This document shows positions 9,117-16,640 of a stretch of DNA of 64,000 nt, piece after piece (positions within the stretch are counted from its first letter, which is position 1; every line of letters begins with the position of its first letter). The notes below the pieces were generated by a model. It searched no databases. It saw only the letters and a program-made list of their open reading frames with translations, and was not told where the DNA came from. The stretch comes from Chlorobiaceae bacterium. GTDB taxonomy: Bacteria; Bacteroidota; Chlorobiia; Chlorobiales; Chlorobiaceae. A program made the translations under genes and the position numbers. Where the stretch lies: the NCBI GenBank assembly GCA_013334925.1, contig JAAXWP010000003.1, forward strand, positions 32,771-96,770, given 5' to 3'.

Positions 9117-9475
9117 ACATCCTGGTCATCGACGACGACGCCGCCGTCAGAAAATTCATCGCGACCACCCTGAAACGTGAAAATCATACGATTTTCGAGG
9201 CGGAAAACGGCACCGAGGGTATTCTGATGCTCCAGCAGGAACGGGACATCGCCGTGATCATCACCGACCTCATCATGCCGGAAAAGGAGGGCATCGAAAC
9301 GATCATGGAGGTCAGAAAGATGAATCCATCCATTAAAATCATCGCAATCTCAGGTGGTGGAAAGGTCGGTCCGGAAAACTATCTGGTACTTGCCGATGCA
9401 CTGGGAGCGAATGCAACCCTGAAAAAACCGTTCAGCGGCCAGGAACTGCTCATGAGCCTGCGGCTCATCGAGTAA
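9113..9475 (+). CDS. single-domain response regulator (CheY-like receiver), paralog of 6523..6900
   Basis: ILVIDDD...IITDLIMPEKEGIETI...IIAISGGG...ATLKKPF. Its ATG overlaps the kinase stop (ATGA). Confidence 0.9.
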   Translation: MNILVIDDDAAVRKFIATTLKRENHTIFEAENGTEGILMLQQERDIAVIITDLIMPEKEGIETIMEVRKMNPSIKIIAISGGGKVGPENYLVLADALGANATLKKPFSGQELLMSLRLIE

Positions 9476-9571
9476 AATGCGTTGCTTGCGATGAAACCAT
9501 TTTGCGTTGGCCTGGGATTTGTGTAATTTTACGGTTAGAATCAAGTGTAAACCACTAATTGAAAGATCATC

Positions 9572-9829
9572 ATGAACAATCCGTCAGGCGCTTTCGTTCA
9601 GGGAGCCGAAGCATACGGAAGATTCCTGGAAGTCTTCATTGACGGCCACTGGTGGGTTGTCGGTGATGCCCTGGAAAATATCGGCAAGACCACCAAAAGG
9701 CTTGGAGCTAATGCATATCCTCACCTTTACGGTGGAGCAGGTGCAGGTTCTGCGCTGAGAGGTGCATCTCCGGAAGTCTCCGGTTATGCCATGCCGTCCA
9801 AAGAGGTTCAGAGCCGTTTCAGGGACTGA
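9572..9829 (+). CDS. chlorosome baseplate protein family CsmA/CsmE (85-aa precursor)
   Basis: ...FLEVFIDGHWWVVGD...NAY...LRGASPEVSGYAMPSKEVQSRF matches my recollection of CsmA (GHW His ligand region and SPEVSGYA.P.KEV C-terminal propeptide). I cannot separate csmA from its paralog csmE. Proximity to a csmB-type gene resembles the csmB...csmE-csmD region I recall in Chlorobaculum tepidum. Confidence 0.85.
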   Translation: MNNPSGAFVQGAEAYGRFLEVFIDGHWWVVGDALENIGKTTKRLGANAYPHLYGGAGAGSALRGASPEVSGYAMPSKEVQSRFRD

Positions 9830-9849
9830 ACCACCCGCACACAGAGTAA

Positions 9850-9886
9850 ACACAGAAGGACCGGAAAGGTCCTTCTGTGTTTTTTG
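9850..9886 (+). terminator. rho-independent terminator after the csmA/E-type gene
   Basis: 13-bp stem ACACAGAAGGACC / GGTCCTTCTGTGT (9850-9862 / 9868-9880), 5-nt loop, T6 run. Confidence 0.8.
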
Positions 9887-9994
9887 CGCCAGTCTGTATT
9901 GAAGTCAGCAACGCGATTGACTACATTACAGTAAGGCAATAGCCTCCCATCCCCCGGTTGTTGCATCTCAACATGAATCAGAGGAGATCACATC

Positions 9995-10402
9995 ATGGCA
10001 AATGAGGAAAACATCAACACGGTACAAGCGGTTTCCAACCTGGTACAAACAGCGGTTGGATTGGGCGTCGATCAGGTCAACCTCGTCGTGAAGGGCGTGC
10101 AGACATTGACGCCTGCAGTCGGGGCGGTTGTAAAAGGAATTACGGACACGGTTATTGCATCTGTCGGGGTCATTGGCTCGACAGCAGGTTCAGCCCTTGG
10201 CTTCATCGGCGCTACAGCAGGCTCGGCATTTGGAGTCGTAACCCAGGCAGGTGGTGCAATCATGAACACCGCCGGATCGATAGTCGCCGTTCCGCTCAAG
10301 CTCGTCGGCGGTGCCGCCGGAGCATTGGTCACGACAGCACAGACCGGTCTTGGCTTTGTGATCAACGCTGCAGGCAACCTGGTACCAGCAAAGAAAATCT
10401 GA
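9995..10402 (+). CDS. chlorosome envelope protein, CsmC/CsmD family (135 aa)
   Basis: MANEENINTVQAVSNLVQTAVGLG... followed by a Gly/Ala/Val-rich repetitive body, as in CsmC/CsmD. It lies directly downstream of the csmA/E-type gene. Confidence 0.75.
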   Translation: MANEENINTVQAVSNLVQTAVGLGVDQVNLVVKGVQTLTPAVGAVVKGITDTVIASVGVIGSTAGSALGFIGATAGSAFGVVTQAGGAIMNTAGSIVAVPLKLVGGAAGALVTTAQTGLGFVINAAGNLVPAKKI

Positions 10403-10425
10403 CTCGTCGCGAAAACAGAGCAAAC

Positions 10426-10458
10426 AAAAAAGCATGCCATCAAAAGCATGCTTTTTTT
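10426..10458. terminator. bidirectional intrinsic terminator between convergent genes
   Basis: Stem AGCATGC / GCATGCT (10431-10437 / 10446-10452), flanked by an A-run upstream and a T7 run downstream. It serves 9995..10402 (+) and 10481..11182 (-). Confidence 0.7.
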
Positions 10459-10480
10459 GTTTGCAGACTCATGCTGAAAA

Positions 10481-11182
10481 TCACTCATGCAGCTGTTCAT
10501 AATACTTCTCAAGCGATTGCTGAGCTTCCGGCGCCTCGCTGATAACTTCGAAGGTCCTGTTTTTTGCCTTTGGTACCCAAAGCGAAATCACCGCAAGTTC
10601 GGCGACATCGGACCTGTTGGTCCAACCGCTCCACAGTCTGTCACCCTGGTCAACCTGAAGCCTGTGCTGTAAAGGCTCACCGTCTCTCAGACCTCCCGGC
10701 CTGATGATCGTGCAGGATCTGCCCGGTTGACTGAACACCTTCCGAAGATGCTCTTCTGCAGCATATTTCATGGTCAGGACTCCGCCAAAGAGATTCAGCG
10801 GATGAAACCATTTGGTCACTGCAATCGAGCTCACCATGGCCATGTGCGTGACACCTGCCTTCGCGGCAGCATCAACCAGACGGATTGCGCCGTCGCGATC
10901 GACCTCGGAGGGTGAGGACTCACCGGTTACCGAGCTGGAGCCAAGCGCGGATATGACCCCTGTGCAGCCCTCTACGGCACGAGCGACATCCTCATCACTC
11001 TGGATTTTGCCCACCACAATCTCAACCTTGTCTCCGAAAAGCGTTCTCGCTTTTTCCTCCGAACGTGACAGTACTCTTACCGGCACGCCATAATGCAGCA
11101 ACCGTCTGACAACCCAGCTACCTGTTTTGCCGGTTGCGCCGGCAACAAGCACTTTTCCCCTGTATTCTGAAATTGTTGACAT
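10481..11182 (-). CDS. NAD(P)-binding atypical SDR (NmrA/Tic62-like)
   Basis: N-terminal Rossmann motif KVLVAGATGKTGSWVV. Length and layout fit the PF13460-type family. Confidence 0.8.
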   Translation of the reverse strand: MSTISEYRGKVLVAGATGKTGSWVVRRLLHYGVPVRVLSRSEEKARTLFGDKVEIVVGKIQSDEDVARAVEGCTGVISALGSSSVTGESSPSEVDRDGAIRLVDAAAKAGVTHMAMVSSIAVTKWFHPLNLFGGVLTMKYAAEEHLRKVFSQPGRSCTIIRPGGLRDGEPLQHRLQVDQGDRLWSGWTNRSDVAELAVISLWVPKAKNRTFEVISEAPEAQQSLEKYYEQLHE

Positions 11183-11387
11183 ATATCACCTCGATGTGGT
11201 CAAATCCTGTTTGTATTTATTCTTGTTAACCACCCGCAAAGCAAATCAGTTTCCGTAAGGCCGGCACATATCACTCGGAACAACGACGTGGGACTCATAC
11301 TCTTTTTATGTAAATTTCATCAATTACCCGGCCTGACAGGCTGCGTCCCGTCTCCTCGGCGATTTAACTCCTGACCCGATACCAGAT

Positions 11388-12701
11388 ATGAAACCGTTGA
11401 AGATCTCCCTCCCGGTATTTCTGATTGCCGTATCTGCAACCATGTCGAGCACTGCGCACGCTTATGACCGCGAGCAGCTCAATCTGCTGCAGAAAAGTGT
11501 TCCGGAATGGAATGCCATGCGTCAGGCGCATCCCGATCAGCATATCGATCTGTCAAAAGCCAATCTGGATGGCGCGAACCTGAAGGACGCAAACCTTGAA
11601 GGCGTGAATCTTGCCAAAGCCGATCTGAGTGGCGCCAGGCTTGACGGAGCGAACCTGAAAGGGGCCTACCTGCAGATGGCCTATCTGAAAAAGGCGAACA
11701 TGAAGGGGGTCGATGCGTCCAGAGCATGGTTTGAAGGCGCCAATCTGAATGGCGCCTTCATGAAAAACGGCCGTTTCGAGAAAGCGAACTTTTCACTTGC
11801 CAACATGAGATGGGCAAAACTATCGGAAGCGGATCTGAAGCAGGCAAACCTGAAAAGCGCCATTCTTTTCGAAGCTGATCTCACCTCAGCTAATCTTAAT
11901 GGTGCTCAGCTCAATGAAGCCAGGTTCCTGGACAACGCCCTGGTTTCAAATGCCATAGTGTCCAACAATACCATACTGCCATCCGGTACACCGGCGGACA
12001 AATCCTGGGCTGCAAGAAAAGATGCCCGATTCGTCATGGAAACAGTCGCGACACCTCCGGTATTCACCCCACCGGTCATGCCAACCACTCCTGTGCCAGC
12101 AAATCATCCGGCCGCAAAGCTCGGCCAGGCGCCGGCCAATGCTCCGGAAATCAGGGAAGTTCAGGCATGGAACACCATGAGAAAGGAAAATCCCGAAATG
12201 AAGGTAGAAATGCCTGAAGAGAAGCTTGGTGACGCCAACCTGCAGGGAGTGGATCTCAGAAAGGCGACCCTTTCAAAATCAGATTTTGCCGGAGCGAACC
12301 TCAACAATGCGAATCTCGAAGGTGCTGCGCTGCAGGGCGTAAGCTTCAGGAAAGCTGACCTGAAGCAGGTCAACCTCAAAGGGGCAAATCTCGAAGGCGC
12401 TGACTTCGACAGGGCATTCATGAAAAACGCCAATCTGTCCGGAGCGAACCTCAGCAACGCAAACCTGTTCGGAGCCATTCTTTTCGAGGCGAACCTCGAT
12501 GGGGCGAACCTGACCAGGGCTTCGCTGTTCGATGCAAATCTGGATCATGCATCACTGAAAGGCGCAAATCTTGCCGGTGCAACGCTCACAGGAGCAAACC
12601 TTGCCGGTGCTATCATGTCGCCCGCCACGATCCTGCCCTCAGGCAAAAATGCCACATCCGACTGGGCAGCTCGAAATAATGTGAACTTTTCGGAGAAGTG
12701 A
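11388..12701 (+). CDS. secreted pentapeptide-repeat protein made of two duplicated modules
   Basis: Signal peptide MKPLKISLPVFLIAVSATMSSTAHA. Long runs of A(N/D)LxG pentapeptides. A Pro-rich linker (PPVFTPPVMPTTPVP) separates two similar halves. Confidence 0.9.
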   Translation: MKPLKISLPVFLIAVSATMSSTAHAYDREQLNLLQKSVPEWNAMRQAHPDQHIDLSKANLDGANLKDANLEGVNLAKADLSGARLDGANLKGAYLQMAYLKKANMKGVDASRAWFEGANLNGAFMKNGRFEKANFSLANMRWAKLSEADLKQANLKSAILFEADLTSANLNGAQLNEARFLDNALVSNAIVSNNTILPSGTPADKSWAARKDARFVMETVATPPVFTPPVMPTTPVPANHPAAKLGQAPANAPEIREVQAWNTMRKENPEMKVEMPEEKLGDANLQGVDLRKATLSKSDFAGANLNNANLEGAALQGVSFRKADLKQVNLKGANLEGADFDRAFMKNANLSGANLSNANLFGAILFEANLDGANLTRASLFDANLDHASLKGANLAGATLTGANLAGAIMSPATILPSGKNATSDWAARNNVNFSEK

Positions 12702-12746
12702 TAACGCAAAAAGACTTTTCCGTTTCCAATCAAACGGTGAACCGTC

Positions 12747-12977
12747 ATGGCAAACATCCTCGTAACAAGCTATTACAGCCGCTGGGATCTGACCGCGCAC
12801 AAGGGCCGGATAGCCCTGTATGATTCGAGCAATCAGCTCATTGAAAATCACCTGTTCACTGACCCGGCTGAGTTCCAGGTTGTGGCCAGTATGCTTCGGC
12901 ATGAAAAACCGCTTTGGTTCGATACCGATGTAAAACACCTTCGCACCGGTTCAGAACCTGTCGGGGAAGCTGAATAG
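12747..12977 (+). CDS. hypothetical protein (76 aa)
   Basis: Only a clean ORF in an otherwise empty gap, with plausible composition. No motif recognised. Confidence 0.45.
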   Translation: MANILVTSYYSRWDLTAHKGRIALYDSSNQLIENHLFTDPAEFQVVASMLRHEKPLWFDTDVKHLRTGSEPVGEAE

Positions 12978-13014
12978 GGAGGATAGATACCGGAAATTAA
13001 CACGGCGTCCCCGA

Positions 13015-13335
13015 TCAGTTCGGGAAACGTTTTCGATTGAGGAACTGCTTCAGGGGATGGGCTTTGCTGATGTTCGGATCATTGACAGGCAGCTTGTGCT
13101 TTTTGCCTGTACGAGTGACCACTTCGATCGTTCCGTCGTTGTTGACGGAGGTCACCTTCCAGAACTTGTCTACCACATAATGGTAATGCTCTCCGTTTGC
13201 CAGAGGATAGATATCCTTGGCCCTCGGACCTGGTGAAGTCGAGCTCTTGGGCTTATGGTAGACAATGGGGTCTCCAACCCTGTAATACGCCATCCAGACC
13301 TCCTTTGCGTCAACGTGACGAGCTATGTTGTTCAT
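13015..13335 (-). CDS. hypothetical protein (106 aa)
   Basis: Clean ORF with balanced composition. The overlapping plus-strand ORFs look like shadows. No motif recognised. Confidence 0.55.
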   Translation of the reverse strand: MNNIARHVDAKEVWMAYYRVGDPIVYHKPKSSTSPGPRAKDIYPLANGEHYHYVVDKFWKVTSVNNDGTIEVVTRTGKKHKLPVNDPNISKAHPLKQFLNRKRFPN

Positions 13336-13402
13336 TGAGAGTACAGATTTTCATTCTAACAACTGTAGCACAATATCCAAACAGATTCCTTTGTTTTTTT
13401 TC

Positions 13403-14590
13403 TCAGGATGCAGATTCCTCGATAAATCTGATAATCAACCGGTCACCGCTCTTCTCTGCTCCACCAGTCCTGAGCGTAGCGAGCGACTGCGGAAGAACCA
13501 TGTTCCTGCGGTGGTTGCCGATCCGGATATTGAGTTCGTCACCACTCTTTGATAGCTGTATCCGCTCATCAGGCAGTCCGGGCAGATATAACTCGAGGTT
13601 GAAGCCACCCTTGACCTGTATGATTTCGAAGGTTTTCCGCTGGTAGTAGACCTGTGACGGGTCCTCATCACCATACAGCATTTCCTTGAGCTTCTCAAGC
13701 GTTGCCAGCCCACAGATTTCACGTGAATAGAGCGGAACTTCACGCACCGGAAGCGGGCTGAAATTGTCGATGATCTCCTGACGGTACTGTTTCTGATTTT
13801 CTTTCCAGTACTGGAAATAGGGATCGACAACCTCGTCCGGAATAATTCTGTTTGACACGACCATATCGATGGCGATGTTGTACAGGCTGAGATATGCCTG
13901 GGCACGCAACGACTCCTTGATCACCATCTTCTCGGGATTGGTGACCAGCCGAACCGATGAAACCGTATGATCGGTCAGAATACGCCCAAGGCTTTCGATC
14001 TTCTCGTAAAATTCATACGGAAGGTCCATCATCGCCTTGTCAGGTAATGAAAAACCGGCTATGGGTTTGAAAATGGGCTCAACCAGGGGCCTGAGGTAGA
14101 CGGCAACCTTTTCGAGCGGTTTATACAGCCTTCGCATGTACCAACCACCAACCTCGGGAATGCTCAACAATCGCAATGCCGTACCCGTAGGAGCCGAATC
14201 GATGATCAGCACGTCATACGAGCCCTCCTTATGATGACGAAACACCCGCACCAGACCGAATATTTCGTCCATTCCCGGTAAAATGGCCAGCTCCTCTGCC
14301 TGTACCCCATCGAGACCACGGGCCTGGAGCACCTCGGTGATATAGCGCTTGACGCTCCCCCAATTCTGCTCGAGTTCTTCGAGTACATCGAGTTCAGCGC
14401 CCCAGAGATTGTCGCATACCTGTTTCGGTTCGTGACCGAGACCGATATCGAAACTGTCGGCCAGTGAATGGGCCGGATCGGTACTCAGCACAAGCGTCCT
14501 GTAGCCAAGTTCAGCACAGCGCATCCCTGTCGCGGCAGCCATCGAGGTTTTACCGACCCCACCTTTTCCCGTCATCAGAATCAGGCGCAT
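13403..14590 (-). CDS. ArsA/Get3-family ATPase with a C-terminal Hsp20/alpha-crystallin-like domain
   Basis: P-loop [11 protein letters not shown] and the signature [11 protein letters not shown]. The C-terminal ~90 aa ([10 protein letters not shown]...[15 protein letters not shown]...GDRLIIRF) look like an Hsp20/CS beta-sandwich. ATG at 14590 has GGAG 8 nt upstream. The track start at 14599 is a GTG. Confidence 0.85.
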   Translation of the reverse strand: MRLILMTGKGGVGKTSMAAATGMRCAELGYRTLVLSTDPAHSLADSFDIGLGHEPKQVCDNLWGAELDVLEELEQNWGSVKRYITEVLQARGLDGVQAEELAILPGMDEIFGLVRVFRHHKEGSYDVLIIDSAPTGTALRLLSIPEVGGWYMRRLYKPLEKVAVYLRPLVEPIFKPIAGFSLPDKAMMDLPYEFYEKIESLGRILTDHTVSSVRLVTNPEKMVIKESLRAQAYLSLYNIAIDMVVSNRIIPDEVVDPYFQYWKENQKQYRQEIIDNFSPLPVREVPLYSREICGLATLEKLKEMLYGDEDPSQVYYQRKTFEIIQVKGGFNLELYLPGLPDERIQLSKSGDELNIRIGNHRRNMVLPQSLATLRTGGAEKSGDRLIIRFIEESAS

Positions 14591-14698
14591 ACTGTTCACT
14601 CCAGTTAAATTAGAGAGCCCTGAATCTGATAACCTGCAACCCCGAAATTTAGTTTTCCTGAAGGCTTATCGCTGTTGCGACTGCCGAAAGCAAACAAC

Positions 14699-14724
14699 AA
14701 AAAAAAAGCGGCCAGATGGCCGCT
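14699..14724 (-). terminator. intrinsic terminator about 100 nt upstream of the ArsA-like gene (leader/attenuator or sRNA 3' end)
   Basis: The minus strand reads AGCGGCC-ATCT-GGCCGCT followed by T9. The plus strand also has T6 after the same stem. Confidence 0.6.
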
Positions 14725-14994
14725 TTTTTCGAGCAGATGTTCCCCCACGGACCTGCTCATTCTCACTGGCGTGAGAATTTTTCTTTAAGCCTGATAGACA
14801 GATCGATGTCAGATAATTTCACACTCCATCAACCCCAGGCATATGTTACAGGCAAATAAAAATATTATTGCAATAAATGCAAATGAAATACTAAAATAAT
14901 GACAACAAATATATATCCCAATATATCACAAAGAAATCTGATACAGAGTTAATATAGATAAAAACTATTCACGCAGTCACCGCGAATCTTTTTT

Positions 14995-15037
14995 ACAGAA
15001 AAAACAGCGAAGCCGGTGCAGAACACCGGCTTCGCTG
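14995..15037 (-). terminator. rho-independent terminator of the HTH-PAS regulator gene
   Basis: 14-bp perfect stem CAGCGAAGCCGGTG / CACCGGCTTCGCTG (15005-15018 / 15024-15037), 5-nt loop, TTTTTTCT on the minus strand. It starts 24 nt after the stop at 15061. Confidence 0.8.
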
Positions 15038-15060
15038 ATATAAGGAGATCCTGTGTGAAC

Positions 15061-15720
15061 TCAGCAAACCTTGCAGTCGGTCTTGCGGAGAATCATGGCA
15101 TATTCATTGAGGTCCGACATGGGCTTCCTCTTGACCGAAAGACTCCATTCGACATTCACGTACGACCCGTCTCCAGCACGGAATCGGGAATAGAACATAA
15201 GCACGGCTTCATCCGGTTTCTGGCGCTGCAACGCACTTTTGATCTGTGCGTAATCGTCCGGATGTATCAGCGTGGAGAGCGAAGCCCCCGACAGCTCGTT
15301 CGGACCGTATCCAAGAAACTTTTCAAGCGAGCCGTTCAGATCAACGATATTTTCTGAATCGTCGAGAACAGCATATGCTTCGATTGAGGGTTTCAGACGG
15401 TCATCGAACCTTCCGATATGCAGTCGGACCTGCCTGAGCAGATTGTCGATGTCCATCCGGTAGCGGGATAGCGCAAGAGCATCACTGATAGGCGTCACCA
15501 TTTCGCCGACGGAGTGACCGGTGAGAATCCAGTCGACATCAGCCCCGTCTTTTTCAAGCCGCTCAAGCATTTTTTTCCCTGGCAGACATTTCCCCTTCAG
15601 GTAGGGGGTCATCTGGGCAGGATACTTGATCCCCGTTGCTCTGCAAAAAGCATTGATCGAGCCGTGCTTTTTCAGAATATAGTCGCGCAGACGATGGTGG
15701 AAACCGTTATGTGAAGTCAT
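15061..15720 (-). CDS. transcriptional regulator with a phage CI-type HTH domain plus a PAS domain
   Basis: The N-terminus ...FHHRLRDYILKKHGSINAFCRATGIKYPAQMTPYLKG...VDWILTGHS resembles the Phage_CI_repr HTH. The C-terminal half (ENIVDLNGSLEKFLGYGPNELSGASLSTLIHPDD...DGSYVNVEW) is PAS-like. Confidence 0.75.
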   Translation of the reverse strand: MTSHNGFHHRLRDYILKKHGSINAFCRATGIKYPAQMTPYLKGKCLPGKKMLERLEKDGADVDWILTGHSVGEMVTPISDALALSRYRMDIDNLLRQVRLHIGRFDDRLKPSIEAYAVLDDSENIVDLNGSLEKFLGYGPNELSGASLSTLIHPDDYAQIKSALQRQKPDEAVLMFYSRFRAGDGSYVNVEWSLSVKRKPMSDLNEYAMILRKTDCKVC

Positions 15721-15767
15721 AATGAAATGCTGTTCTTTAACTATTAACGTAACACATATGCCCAGGA

Positions 15768-16553
15768 TTACGAAACACTTTTCTCCTGCCGCTCCCGTGT
15801 TGGCACATTGAACAAAAAGCTGGTCACGACCGGTACAAAGAAAATGGCGACAGTCAATCCTGAAGTGATCACATCTGCTTCATGCCCGTCCAGCAACCTG
15901 ACGATCTCAGACCCGGGATAGAGGTGCTCGGCAAATGAAAGTGAGAGTTTCAATCCGAGAATACCGATAACGATGAATGCACTGGTTTCAAGAAACCGGT
16001 ACTCTTCCATGAGCCTGACAAACCCCTGAGCGACAAATCTCATGGCGAGTATACCAATGAATACACCGGTACAGATCAGCACGATATTGTCGGTAAAGGC
16101 GACAGCCGCGAAAATGTTGTCGATGGAAAAGGCGATATCCATCAATTCAATAAGCACAACCGTAGCCCAGAATCCCCCTATGGTCCTGGATATGAGGCGA
16201 TAGATCATGCTCTCCTGCTTGTCATAGTAGTCATCCTCCATCGATACGGTCTTTCTGCCTTTCCACCATTTGAACACCAGAAACAGCAGATACAGACCGC
16301 CAAAAGGCTTCAACCACCAGATCCTGACCAGCCATGAAGCAAGAACAAGGCACAACCCCCTGAAGATATAGGCGCCGAGGATACCATACTTCAGGGCAGC
16401 AGAGCGTTTGGCAGGAGGAAGATCCATAACCATGGTCGCAAGCACCGCTGCATTGTCGACCGACAACAGACTTTCAATCACGACCAGGTTGAGCACCACA
16501 AGCAGCGAGGGCACCGGATTGGCGATAATATTCTGTACCTGTTCTACCATCAC
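15768..16553 (-). CDS. TerC-family integral membrane protein
   Basis: Multi-pass membrane protein with SLLSVDNAAVLA and the second FSIDNIFA motif characteristic of TerC/Alx. Confidence 0.9.
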   Translation of the reverse strand: MMVEQVQNIIANPVPSLLVVLNLVVIESLLSVDNAAVLATMVMDLPPAKRSAALKYGILGAYIFRGLCLVLASWLVRIWWLKPFGGLYLLFLVFKWWKGRKTVSMEDDYYDKQESMIYRLISRTIGGFWATVVLIELMDIAFSIDNIFAAVAFTDNIVLICTGVFIGILAMRFVAQGFVRLMEEYRFLETSAFIVIGILGLKLSLSFAEHLYPGSEIVRLLDGHEADVITSGLTVAIFFVPVVTSFLFNVPTRERQEKSVS

Positions 16554-16640
16554 GATTCTCTCACCTGCTTACAGATCCGATACACATTCACATATATAAA
16601 TATTCCCTAATACAAAAAGAAATATTTGTATCCGGTTCGC

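Noticed and set aside
16554-16640. Possible yybP-ykoY (manganese) riboswitch upstream of the TerC-family gene
   Set aside because: Only 87 nt are available between the kup stop and the TerC start. The sequence is AT-rich with a weak hairpin and lacks the conserved GGGGAGUAG-type core.
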